A DNA stretch of 33,108 nucleotides from a virus (taxonomy: Duplodnaviria > Caudoviricetes): IMG/VR virus record IMGVR_UViG_3300024187_000018, positions 1 to 33,108 of that record; one strand, written 5' to 3'. Shown piece by piece: positions 24,467-33,086 of this stretch. Position 1 is the stretch's first letter, and each line of letters opens with the position of its first letter. The notes under the pieces are model-generated. The model ran no database searches. It was not told where the DNA came from and saw only the letters and a list, made by a program, of their open reading frames with translations. Both the position numbers and the translations under genes were made by a program.

Positions 24467-25218
24467 CGCGACCCTCCCGACTGCTCCGCGGGGAGCGCAT
24501 CCCCGTGAATCGCTCGCCACACGGCATCCGCCACGGCACGGCCCATCGGGAGCGGCACGCCGTTGCCGATCGCCTTGATCTTCGCCGCGATCGTGAAGGC
24601 GGGCAGCTCGAGCCCTGGCACGCCCTGTGCTGCTGCTGCTGCTGCGTAGGTTCTGGTCTTATAGCCGAGTACAGCGGCCTTGCTTTTGCCGCTGCCACCG
24701 ATCTTGACCGGAGTCATCCGCTCGCCGCCTGACGCGAGCACGGCGGGCTCGTACTTCATCGGCACGGGCGGTGCCCACCACCCCAGCGGCAACTGGCGAC
24801 CGTCGCGCGTGCCGAACGAGAAGAGGCGCTCGCGGTTCTGCTCGCTGCCACAATGCTCGCGAGCGTTCAGACGATAGGCGCGTATGTAGAAATTCGTGAC
24901 GACGGGCAGCGGCGCAGCCGGAACATTCTCCATGAGGAACCACTCAGGCTGGGCCTCGGCCACGACGCGACAGAACTCCGGAATCAGGTTCTCGGCGACC
25001 TTGTAGCCGTTGTGCTCGACGACATGCCTGAGCCTCGAGAACGCCTGACACGGCGGCCCGCCGATCACTCCGTCGAAACGCCCCGCAGGCGGATGGAACT
25101 TCCGTATGTCGCCGCCCCACAGAAGATCCGGACCGCGCACCACGCAAAAGCCGCGCTCCTCGAATGCCATGTCGAGTAGGCCAATGCCGGGGAAAACGCT
25201 GAGAACCAACGGCGTCAT
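24463..25218 (-). CDS. C5 cytosine DNA methyltransferase (compact)
   Basis: Motif I FPGIG, IV GGPPCQAFS, VI MENVP, VIII QNRERLF, X AIGNGV. Confidence 0.92.
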   Translation of the reverse strand: MTPLVLSVFPGIGLLDMAFEERGFCVVRGPDLLWGGDIRKFHPPAGRFDGVIGGPPCQAFSRLRHVVEHNGYKVAENLIPEFCRVVAEAQPEWFLMENVPAAPLPVVTNFYIRAYRLNAREHCGSEQNRERLFSFGTRDGRQLPLGWWAPPVPMKYEPAVLASGGERMTPVKIGGSGKSKAAVLGYKTRTYAAAAAAQGVPGLELPAFTIAAKIKAIGNGVPLPMGRAVADAVWRAIHGDALPAEQSGGSR

Positions 25219-25235
25219 GCGGCCTTACGCCCCCC

Positions 25236-25264
25236 TTGACACCCGCGAGTTTGCGTATTACGAT
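25236..25264 (+). promoter_or_regulatory. Sigma70-type promoter, leaderless
   Basis: TTGACA (25236-41), 17 bp, TACGAT (25259-64), 7 nt, ATG. Confidence 0.8.
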
Positions 25265-25271
25265 AACTCCC

Positions 25272-25532
25272 ATGATGAACGAACGAACCGAATCCTGCCC
25301 CGTGGCGATTGCCGAAGGGACCGAAGGCGAGTGCGCGGCCTGTCGTATGGGCCTCGACGGCCATTGCTGGAGCGACGACGCCGACGAGTGCGCCATGTGC
25401 CGCGAGCGCGCCGTTGCGGGAACGAGCGACGAAATCCCATCTTGCCCGATCCACGATGGCGACGATTGCCCGGAATGCGCCCGCAGTTTCGGCCCCCGCT
25501 ACAGCGGCCCGTGCGAACATGGCGGGCGGTAG
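25272..25532 (+). CDS. Acidic Cys-rich small protein
   Basis: 86 aa, 10 Cys including CAAC, CAMC, CPEC and CPIH. Confidence 0.65.
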   Translation: MMNERTESCPVAIAEGTEGECAACRMGLDGHCWSDDADECAMCRERAVAGTSDEIPSCPIHDGDDCPECARSFGPRYSGPCEHGGR

Positions 25533-25698
25533 GCCGAAGCTCCCCGACGATGAGCGGGGCGTGATCGTGTCGCTCCGCTTCCCCCCGCCGCTTCTCGCGC
25601 GACTCGACGAGTACGCCGAGAGGCACGGAATGACGCGAACTGCGGCTATCATCGCGACGCTCTCTCGTTCGCTGGCTCGCAGGCGACAAAAGTTGTAG
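25519..25698 (+). CDS. Ribbon-helix-helix (CopG/Arc-like) DNA-binding protein
   Basis: MAGGRPK...IVSLRFPPPLLARLDEYAERHGMTRTAAI. Confidence 0.85.
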   Translation: MAGGRPKLPDDERGVIVSLRFPPPLLARLDEYAERHGMTRTAAIIATLSRSLARRRQKL

Positions 25699-25699
25699 C

Positions 25700-26005
25700 T
25701 CACGTCCTCATCCCCCGCGCCGCCTCGCCGATTGAGACGGCGGGGTGCGTCTCGCAGGCTAGCTCCCACTTCTTCGTCGCCTCGAATCGGACCTCCACCA
25801 TCTCGCACGGGCAACTTGTCCGCGGCCCGCCGCAGCACGCGCAGGGCTTCGCCTTGTTCTCGTCCGCCCACGCATCCGCCGCCACGTCGAGCACGCCCGC
25901 TAGATCCTCGATCTCGGCGTCGGTCCAATCGACCGGCAAGCGGCGAGCCTCGAGATACTTCTCAGCGAAGTCGTGGAAGAACTTCTGCCACCATTCCTGT
26001 CTCAT
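25700..26005 (-). CDS. Hypothetical protein with Cys cluster
   Basis: ATGA coupling to the nuclease stop; MRQEWWQKFF...CACCGG...CPC...CETH. Confidence 0.6.
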   Translation of the reverse strand: MRQEWWQKFFHDFAEKYLEARRLPVDWTDAEIEDLAGVLDVAADAWADENKAKPCACCGGPRTSCPCEMVEVRFEATKKWELACETHPAVSIGEAARGMRT

Positions 26006-26739
26006 TTGGCTAGCTTCTCCAGTTCCGCCATGAGCCCGTAGAGCTCGCGGCAAAGAAGAAAGGCCGCCCGCGCTTTCGTGAGGCTGTCCCAGTAATGATG
26101 AACGAAGTGGACGGGATCGCCGGGGCTCTCCTGCTTGCTGAATCTCACCAAGTGGTAGCCGCCCGTGATCTGGTTCCCCGCTTCCTCGTCGAGAATGCCG
26201 TAGGCCGCCAGTTGCAGCAGGTACTCCGGGTAGATCGAGTTCGAAGATTTCCAGTCGAGAATTGAGCGATTGCCGCGGAGGCCGATCGCGTCCCGCGTAC
26301 CGCCGAACTTGTACTGCTCGGAAACGAGCGGCTTCTCCGTCTCGATGATCTCGAGGCGCGACTGATCCGCCCACTCGCGAAAGGCCCCGTAAGCGGGCTT
26401 CGCCATCTCGACGAGATCCGGCTGAAACTTCGACGGGTCGAATTCGCGGGAATGAATGAAGTCGTCCACCATCTGGTGAGCAATGGTGCCGGCGTCTGCC
26501 GCTCGCGCAGCCGCTTGCTTGTGGTCCCAAGCAGCGGGATCGACCGCGAGAAAGGCCGCTATCGCCGCCTCGTCGCGTCCGTTCTCGAGCACTGAGCGGA
26601 TTTGCAGCAGCGGCTCCAGCGCCAAGCGGTTAGCCCACCAGATGAGCCCGCCCGACTCCTTGAAGCGCCCACAGATGGTCGTTACAGACGGGCAGCGAGT
26701 TCCGTCCTTTAGTCGATAGCCTTGCTTCGGTGTCGGCAC
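26002..26739 (-). CDS. PD-(D/E)XK exonuclease
   Basis: 'PSVTTI', 'GTIAH', 'E..L......GGTRD', 'ILDWKS', 'QLAAY'. GTG start at 26739 after AAGGAG. Confidence 0.88.
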   Translation of the reverse strand: MPTPKQGYRLKDGTRCPSVTTICGRFKESGGLIWWANRLALEPLLQIRSVLENGRDEAAIAAFLAVDPAAWDHKQAAARAADAGTIAHQMVDDFIHSREFDPSKFQPDLVEMAKPAYGAFREWADQSRLEIIETEKPLVSEQYKFGGTRDAIGLRGNRSILDWKSSNSIYPEYLLQLAAYGILDEEAGNQITGGYHLVRFSKQESPGDPVHFVHHYWDSLTKARAAFLLCRELYGLMAELEKLAK

Positions 26740-26741
26740 GG

Positions 26742-27566
26742 TCAGGCTCCTTGCTTTGCGGCGATGCGATTCGCCATCTCGCGGACGCGCTGCAACGTTG
26801 CGCCCGTCCATTTGTCGCTGATCTTCTCGGAGAGCGCCTTGTCCACCGACTCGATGCACTTGGGCTTCCCGTCGCGCCCCAGAACGGGCTTACCGTCCTC
26901 CACGATCATCGAGCACTTCTGCACGACGGCATCGCGCTTGTCGGGAGGCCAGGCCATCAGAGCCTCGGCCAGCGCCTGCTTGACGCTAGAGAGCCCATGC
27001 GGGTGCGGCATCACTTCGGGCTCGAGCGGCGGAAGTTCCGGCTCTGGGGCCTGCGGGTTATCCCACTTCTCGAAGCCGCCCGGAGGGATCTCGTCCGAAG
27101 GGGTCGGCTCGAGGCCGCTCATCACCGCCAAGAACGAGAGCGGCACCCGGTAGGCTTTGCCGATAGCGCGGGTCGTCGCCATCGACTTGACCGCATACTC
27201 GTCGGCGTGGCCCCAGCGCTTCTCTTTGGACGAGCAGATCGCGGAAGCCCGCGTGACCAGCTGCTCGCCCCGCCAGACTTCCACTACGCTTTCGTAGACG
27301 ATCTCGCCTTCCGGGGTATCGAGCTTGCGGGAAGAAGCTTCTCGCGGCACGAGTCCAAGCGAGAATCCGACCGTGCTCCACCATTCGACTTTGGGATACT
27401 TCTTCCCCTGGATCGAGACGACGAAAGCAGGCCCCTTGCAGGACTGCGCCGCGAGCCTCACGACTTCGCCCATCTTCTGGAAGGCGGTAGCCGGGTCGGT
27501 GGTGGCGAGATCGAAGGCACCCGCCGACGTGACCGGAACGAGATCGGTCGATTCAGAATCGAGCAT
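26742..27566 (-). CDS. Single-strand annealing protein (Rad52/Red-beta superfamily-like recombinase)
   Basis: 'IQGKKYPKVEWW', 'KSMATTRAIGKAYR', 'TPSDEI' motifs, Pro/acidic linker; adjacent to the exonuclease; AGGAGAGG SD. Confidence 0.75.
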   Translation of the reverse strand: MLDSESTDLVPVTSAGAFDLATTDPATAFQKMGEVVRLAAQSCKGPAFVVSIQGKKYPKVEWWSTVGFSLGLVPREASSRKLDTPEGEIVYESVVEVWRGEQLVTRASAICSSKEKRWGHADEYAVKSMATTRAIGKAYRVPLSFLAVMSGLEPTPSDEIPPGGFEKWDNPQAPEPELPPLEPEVMPHPHGLSSVKQALAEALMAWPPDKRDAVVQKCSMIVEDGKPVLGRDGKPKCIESVDKALSEKISDKWTGATLQRVREMANRIAAKQGA

Positions 27567-27825
27567 CGCACCTCTCCTGTTTGACCCGTGCGGATACGTT
27601 GTCGAAGACGCGAAGCAGCTGCTCAAGCGCCGCCTGCTCGTCCCGCGTGAGCGGCATGAGATCGCCCTGGATGAGCATCGAGGCGGCCTTCACGAGATCC
27701 CAGCGAACCGACTCGGCGAAGTGCTCGCGCGAGCTCTCGAGCTCCGCGCGCTTGGCGTCGGAGTCCATCGCCCAGCGCTTCATCGTCTCGGCTGCCATCT
27801 CACGCGGTGTAGGGAAGTTTTTCAT
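27553..27825 (-). CDS. Hypothetical protein
   Basis: 90 aa, AGGAGGT SD. Confidence 0.7.
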   Translation of the reverse strand: MKNFPTPREMAAETMKRWAMDSDAKRAELESSREHFAESVRWDLVKAASMLIQGDLMPLTRDEQAALEQLLRVFDNVSARVKQERCDARF

Positions 27826-27847
27826 TGCCTACTACCTCCTGAGACAA

Positions 27848-27876
27848 CTAGTACGCCAAGGACAATTGAGTGTCAA
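27848..27876 (-). promoter_or_regulatory. Putative promoter for the recombination operon
   Basis: TTGACA (27876-71), 17 bp, TACTAG; the -10 match is weak. Confidence 0.5.
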
Positions 27877-28245
27877 GAGCGAAATGAGCGAGGGTCGGAA
27901 TACATGCCCACGCTCGCCGCCTTGCAGTTCGACTCGTGCATCTGGAGCACCCGCCGCGGCAGATCCCGCCCGCAGTAGGCGCAGGTGGCTAGAGAGTTCG
28001 GAGACTCAGCGACCGGCAGCGCTAAGGCTTTTTTTCGGGCGCGAAACGCCCAGCCTCCCGCGCGCCGTGACTGGCCCTGCGGGCGGTATCTCTTCCGCCG
28101 CTGGTGCGTCTCCCTCGATGAGCTCCGCAGGCTCCGCGGCCCGCGTTGGATCGTCGATTGCGATCACCCGCAGGCCCGGTAGCGCGTCCTCGAGCGTCCG
28201 GAGAAGCGTCGGATCTTCGAAGGCGACGAGGTAGAGCTTAGGCAT
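27873..28245 (-). CDS. Frameshifted gene with C-terminal C2HC zinc finger
   Basis: 79-aa ORF 28245-28006. The +1 frame after the A7 run (28035-28029) continues ALALPVAESPNSLATCAYCGRDLPRRVLQMHESNC... to TGA at 27873. Confidence 0.6.
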
Positions 28246-28438
28246 CTGCCGCCTCGTCGATCACGGGCTTATTCTGCGCGTAGCGCTCGATTCCTTCGGT
28301 GAGAAACTGCTGAGCGCACGCCGCTATCGTCATCGCCCGCTCTGCCGCGACTATTTTCAAGTCGTGGATCACGCTCGGATCGATGTAGATGTTCAGCCGT
28401 GTGTCGTTGGTCCTTGGAACCTTCAGTTTGTACTTCAT
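28238..28438 (-). CDS. Ribbon-helix-helix regulator
   Basis: MKYKLKVPRTNDTRLNIYIDPSVIHDLKIVAAERAMTIAACAQQFLTEGI: alternating beta strand plus two helices. Confidence 0.75.
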   Translation of the reverse strand: MKYKLKVPRTNDTRLNIYIDPSVIHDLKIVAAERAMTIAACAQQFLTEGIERYAQNKPVIDEAADA

Positions 28439-28445
28439 GCGAAAT

Positions 28446-28475
28446 ACCTTACGCTTTAGCACGTATTGTCGTCAA
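28446..28475 (-). promoter_or_regulatory. Sigma70-type promoter, leaderless
   Basis: TTGACG (28475-70), 18 bp, TAAGGT (28451-46), 7 nt, ATG 28438. Confidence 0.65.
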
Positions 28476-28528
28476 GGTACGACTTGCTGTTGACACGAGG
28501 CTATCCAGTCCGCTAGCCGGTGGGAGCC

Positions 28529-28717
28529 ATGAAGAAACTACTACTCGTTGGCTTCATGCTGCTCAGTGCCTGCGCCCCGATGGACGAGAACCAGCGCCAG
28601 GCCAACATGGCGGCCCTACTCGGCGCGATGGCGGTCAACCAGGGCCAGCAGCCGGTCCTGCACCACACCTCCTGTACGCCCCGGATCGGCGGCGGGTTCT
28701 ACTGCAACGGGTACTAA
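28529..28717 (+). CDS. Small lipoprotein (candidate superinfection exclusion)
   Basis: MKKLLLVGFMLLSA-C lipobox; C-terminal 'TSCTPRIGGGFYCN' disulfide hairpin; converges on the ejection genes. Confidence 0.8.
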   Translation: MKKLLLVGFMLLSACAPMDENQRQANMAALLGAMAVNQGQQPVLHHTSCTPRIGGGFYCNGY

Positions 28718-30207
28718 GGCTGCTCGTCTTCTTGGTCGGGATTCTGGAGCGTGATCGCAGACGGGCGGGCTACCGGCTGATCGAGCGACTTGAGAAGCCC
28801 AGCACCCGCGCGCTGTAGCCCTACCGCGACCCCCTTCGGCTTCAGGAAGTCCACGTCGTAGTTCCCGGCGTACTTGTCGGATTTCAGGAGATTGATGACG
28901 TTCGTGTAGATGTGCGGCTGCCCGGTCGGCCCAGCGTGTAGTCGCAGGTACTCATGGCTCGGGTGAAGCATGTCGTCGATCACGGTAGCGTCCGCTCCCC
29001 GGAATACGGCTCCCATCAGATCCTTGAATTCCTCCGGGCTGAAGGTATGGGAGAGCCCGTAGGCGCGTTCTTCCTTCATCTGCGCCTGGAGAAGCTGCAT
29101 ATCGATCTTCCCGTTGTCGTCCACGATTCCCGGCTGCTTCAGGTAACGCACCATCTCAGCGCCACGCGCGTATTTCCGGTCGGTATTCTTGTAGAGCCGG
29201 GCTAGCCGCGGATCGACCGTGGCGATTGCATCGTGAAGGTCCGACGAGAGCTCCGCCGCGTAGTCTCGAGCCTGGCGTCCCTGAAGCGTGAGCTTCGGAT
29301 CGCCCTTCGTCGAGCGGCCCTTCAGACGAAGATCGCGGATCTCGCCCATGAGATCGTCGATCGTCATGTAGCCTTTCCCGATGATCCCCTGGTCCTGCAT
29401 CTCGGTAATCCGCGGAGACACGATGGTTCCGCGCGGACCTACCGATGGAGCATCGGGAATGAACTTCTCGTGCAGCTTCAGTTTCGGGCCAGCCGGATCG
29501 ATCTGTATCTGACCGGGCGGGCGAGTCTTCGGAGCCGCATTTTTCACGGCATCGGCAACCGCCGTCATCCGGCGGTCGTACATGTCGGAAAGTGTGTCCT
29601 GCGCCACTCCCCTCCAGACTTCAGTGCCGAAGTTTGCGGGCGAGTCGATCTGGCCGAATTCCGGGACGAGCTTCTGGACGACCCGGCTAAGCCTCTCCGG
29701 ATCTTCCTTGAAGAAGCGCTGCGCGAGTTTTGAGCCCTGATACCAGCGAGAAACGCCGGAGGCGACTTCCGCCGGTATCCCGGTAGCCGCCCCGATTGCA
29801 GCGCCGACCGCCGCGTCCGCCGGATCGCCCTTCTCGGCCAAGCCGCCGGCTGCGCCGCCAGCGATCCCCGGAAGTAGCCGATCGATGATCGGAGCGAGCT
29901 TCGGAAGATTCCGGGCCGTCGTCCCGAAATACTGCATCGCCTTGGCTTCCGGAGCGAGCAAGGTTCCCGCCGTGACACCCGCCTGAGTCAGAGTCTCCGG
30001 TGCCACCGTTCCGGCGATGAAGTCGTTCATCGGGTGTCCGGGGAGCGCCTTGTTCAGAAAGTTTCGGAGGTAGTCGTAGGCAGGGCCGCCCACGTATTGC
30101 GTGTAGTATTCGCCGGGAGTGGACGGGCCTTTTTCTTCCGGAGCCTTCGGCGATTCGCCGTAGGCCTTGTTGACCATCGCCTCGATTTCGGCGTTGCTGA
30201 GCGGCAT
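28714..30207 (-). CDS. Putative internal virion/DNA ejection protein
   Basis: 497 aa, Gly/Ala-rich 'GIAGGAAGG...AAVGAAIGAATG' segment and helical remainder; last of four coupled genes. Confidence 0.65.
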   Translation of the reverse strand: MPLSNAEIEAMVNKAYGESPKAPEEKGPSTPGEYYTQYVGGPAYDYLRNFLNKALPGHPMNDFIAGTVAPETLTQAGVTAGTLLAPEAKAMQYFGTTARNLPKLAPIIDRLLPGIAGGAAGGLAEKGDPADAAVGAAIGAATGIPAEVASGVSRWYQGSKLAQRFFKEDPERLSRVVQKLVPEFGQIDSPANFGTEVWRGVAQDTLSDMYDRRMTAVADAVKNAAPKTRPPGQIQIDPAGPKLKLHEKFIPDAPSVGPRGTIVSPRITEMQDQGIIGKGYMTIDDLMGEIRDLRLKGRSTKGDPKLTLQGRQARDYAAELSSDLHDAIATVDPRLARLYKNTDRKYARGAEMVRYLKQPGIVDDNGKIDMQLLQAQMKEERAYGLSHTFSPEEFKDLMGAVFRGADATVIDDMLHPSHEYLRLHAGPTGQPHIYTNVINLLKSDKYAGNYDVDFLKPKGVAVGLQRAGAGLLKSLDQPVARPSAITLQNPDQEDEQP

Positions 30208-30208
30208 C

Positions 30209-31444
30209 TTACTGGATGTCCACCGACTGCTCGCCGTAACGGCGCTTCAATTCCTGGATGGCTTGCTCTTTCGAGATGCCGCTTTTCAGCATCTTCTGAA
30301 GGTCCGCACCCGCCGAAGTGGCTTCCGCCGTAGGCTGCGCTTCGGGCGGAATGGGCATCTTCGGAGCAAGCGAGGCAACCTTTTCCGTCAGGCTATCTTC
30401 CAAGGCATACGACTTCCCCGTAGCCCTGACGGTGCGGTTCATCATCTCGTAAGCCGTGCTCCTGGCTTGGCGTAGTTGGCGCATGAATTCGGCGGGGTTC
30501 TGGAGTGCCAGTTGAAGCGATGGCGTCTCCTGGTTGATCCGATCGAGAGCCGCCTTCGTGGCACCTCGAGCGCCGTAGCGGGCTTGGTCGAGGTCGTTCT
30601 TGAACTTCTGGTAATCGCGGAGAGTCTGGTTCGAGAGCGCCCCGCCCGTGATCCAGCTTTTGACGATATCGCCCTGGTTCGTCTGGGCCATCCCGGCAAT
30701 CGTCCGATCGAGGGCATCCACCGAGCCGATCTGCGAGTTGATCTCGTCGATCTGGGCCTTCGTGGCGGGCTTCTTCGGCGTTCCCGCCGCTCGCCCCGCC
30801 GCCGTAGCGCCCGCTTCGGCCTGCTTCTGCGCCGCCAGGAGCTTCAGCTTCTCTTGCGCGTCCGCCCGCTGCTCCGGACTCCCGTGCATGACGGTATCGA
30901 TCAAGGAGAGGGTATTGTCGCTTTTCTTCTGGCTCTCGCCGGCCAAGGTCTGAAGCTCTTTCACCTTGTTCATGTCGCCGGCTTTGAAGGCCTCAAGAAT
31001 GGCCGCCGGAAAACTAGCAGGCGGCTTTGCGGGAGCGGCCATCGCCTGCTTCTGCTTGGCGATGTCTTCGAGCGAAGCGCCAGGACCTAGCTTCTGGGCA
31101 GCCAGCGCCTCGAGACTCGTCGGCTGCTTCTGATCGCCCTTCTCGGCCTTCCGAAGCCCAACCAGCGCATCGAAAAGCGCAACCTTGGTCTTGAGGACCT
31201 GTAGCTGCTGATCCTGGACGGCCTGACCCTGAAGCGTCGGAATCATCGCCAAGGGACCAAGCGCCCCCGCTATTGACCCGAAAGCCGATTGATGGCGCTG
31301 AGTGCCTGCCTGCTGCATGTTCTGGAGTGCCTGAACGAGCGCCACGTTCATCGCGTTTCGGCGCTGCTCCGCCGGGTCGGGCATCTGCCCGAGAGCCGCC
31401 GTGATCTGCGATTCCAGGCCCTGAGCGTCGAAGGGATCAGCCAC
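30209..31444 (-). CDS. Putative internal virion/DNA ejection protein
   Basis: 411 aa, Ala/Gln/Lys-rich, helical, no Cys. Confidence 0.65.
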   Translation of the reverse strand: MADPFDAQGLESQITAALGQMPDPAEQRRNAMNVALVQALQNMQQAGTQRHQSAFGSIAGALGPLAMIPTLQGQAVQDQQLQVLKTKVALFDALVGLRKAEKGDQKQPTSLEALAAQKLGPGASLEDIAKQKQAMAAPAKPPASFPAAILEAFKAGDMNKVKELQTLAGESQKKSDNTLSLIDTVMHGSPEQRADAQEKLKLLAAQKQAEAGATAAGRAAGTPKKPATKAQIDEINSQIGSVDALDRTIAGMAQTNQGDIVKSWITGGALSNQTLRDYQKFKNDLDQARYGARGATKAALDRINQETPSLQLALQNPAEFMRQLRQARSTAYEMMNRTVRATGKSYALEDSLTEKVASLAPKMPIPPEAQPTAEATSAGADLQKMLKSGISKEQAIQELKRRYGEQSVDIQ

Positions 31445-31467
31445 CTGAAGCGCCTTTCTTCAGGGCG

Positions 31468-32220
31468 TTAGCCACCGAGCCCACCTAGGAGCGCCGGCAG
31501 GAGCGCCGACATGAGGTCGGTCTGGCGCTGCGACAGAAGATCCTGAAGCGAACGGTCGAGGCCGGATTCTCCCCGCTGGAACTGGAATCCCGCCGTCGTC
31601 CCGCCAAGCCCGAGAATCTGCTTGATGGCGTCGAGCGAAGTCGCTGCGCCGGCCTGCCCGAGCCCGCGCGAGATCGCGGTGCCGAGGTCGGTGCCGAAGC
31701 GAGCGCCCATCTTCCCGAACTGCTCGTTCGTCGAGCCTACGATCTGCTCCGCCAGCGGCCCCGGAATATTGCCCATCCCGAGCTGGAAAAGCTGCTGCGC
31801 TATCGGCCCGCCGCCCTTGCCGGTGGCGCTCCCCCTGAACATCCGGTCGAGCAGCCCTTCTTCCGGCGACACGCCGCTATAGGCCACGTTCCCCTTCGTC
31901 ACGCTCCCCGGAATGGAGCCGGGAGCGCCTAGGCCGCCTAGGCCCTGGTTCACGTTCTGGCTCCAGTTGTTCATCCAAGGAGTCCCGAAAGAGGTCATGG
32001 CTCCGCTCCCCCCCGTCGCGTTCGGCAAGCTATTGAAGCTCATCCCCGACGACATCGGAGTAAAACCCTGCATGGCGGTAGCGCCAGCCGGCGAAGAGGC
32101 CCCGTAGGGCATGAGAAAAGACGTAGACGAGCCGGGGTTGAAGATATCCATGCCGCCTTGCTGCGGATTATTGACGCTCGTAGCGCCGCTCAGAATGTCC
32201 CACCAGTTTCCGGTTGCCAT
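31468..32220 (-). CDS. Putative internal virion/pilot protein
   Basis: 250 aa, Gly/Ser/Met-rich, hydrophobic Gly-rich C-terminus, no Cys. Confidence 0.6.
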   Translation of the reverse strand: MATGNWWDILSGATSVNNPQQGGMDIFNPGSSTSFLMPYGASSPAGATAMQGFTPMSSGMSFNSLPNATGGSGAMTSFGTPWMNNWSQNVNQGLGGLGAPGSIPGSVTKGNVAYSGVSPEEGLLDRMFRGSATGKGGGPIAQQLFQLGMGNIPGPLAEQIVGSTNEQFGKMGARFGTDLGTAISRGLGQAGAATSLDAIKQILGLGGTTAGFQFQRGESGLDRSLQDLLSQRQTDLMSALLPALLGGLGG

Positions 32221-32222
32221 GT

Positions 32223-33086
32223 CTAAGCTGCCTTCTTCTGGGGTTGTAGCATCGGGAGCACCTGATTGAGAATCGTCGGGAGATCGTTCCCGTACTTGTT
32301 GAGCAGGATGTTGCTTGCCTGTATCGAATAAGCATTCGGGTTCTTCTTGGCGTCACCCGTGTAGCCGGAAAGGAGCGTTCCGAGCTTCATCCCGGCTTCC
32401 CGTGCTGCCGGCGATAGCGCGTTGTAGGCAGCTGGGTCGATATTGTAGCGGTTGAGATCCGCCCCCTTTATGCCGACTTGAGGCAAGACGCGCCCTAGCT
32501 CCCCCCGGAACATCGTCCCGGTCGTCGGCTTGTGGCCGAGCCCGAGAGGCCGCATCCACGACTCCCACATGTTGGTCGCTGCTGCTCGCGGCGAGCTCCG
32601 ACCCGAAAGCACGTCTCCCAGGCCCATGATCGGGCGCAAGGGCGAGAGGATCTGGGCTCCCCCGGTACGGATCTGCGGAGAGCCGCTTTTCTCCATCGCC
32701 CCGCCGATTGCCTTCGTCGGCGCGTAGAGCCAGCCGTAAGGGACGAGGTAGCTCACGAGGGCGTCCGCAGCGACTCCGCCCGACGCTCCGGCCTTCTGCT
32801 TGTCGGAGAGGTTCTGGTTACCGGCAATCTGGCTGATCTCGTAGCCTAGCCCTCCGAGCGCCGCTGCCCCGCCTAGGCCCTTTCCGAGTCCCTGGAGGCC
32901 CGCGTTGCCAGTCAGGCTCCCTGCGCCACTCGCCAAGCCGCCAGCGGCCTGCGTAGCGCCTAGGCCCTTTGAGAGCGTCGAGCCCTGCGGATTCAGGAGC
33001 GAGAGAATCTGGAGCGCCGTGCCGATCCCGTACTTGGCGGCTAGGGCGCTAAAGAGCGGGCTAGCGGTGGGGGCTTGATCCGCCAT
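32223..33086 (-). CDS. Putative internal virion/pilot protein
   Basis: 287 aa, Gly/Ala-rich membrane-inserting-type segments; ATG abuts the TAG of an upstream gene running off the window. Confidence 0.6.
   Translation of the reverse strand: MADQAPTASPLFSALAAKYGIGTALQILSLLNPQGSTLSKGLGATQAAGGLASGAGSLTGNAGLQGLGKGLGGAAALGGLGYEISQIAGNQNLSDKQKAGASGGVAADALVSYLVPYGWLYAPTKAIGGAMEKSGSPQIRTGGAQILSPLRPIMGLGDVLSGRSSPRAAATNMWESWMRPLGLGHKPTTGTMFRGELGRVLPQVGIKGADLNRYNIDPAAYNALSPAAREAGMKLGTLLSGYTGDAKKNPNAYSIQASNILLNKYGNDLPTILNQVLPMLQPQKKAA

Noticed and set aside
26002-26739. CRISPR Cas4
   Set aside because: PD-(D/E)XK motifs are present but the C-terminal Fe-S cysteine cluster is not, and it is paired with an annealing protein.
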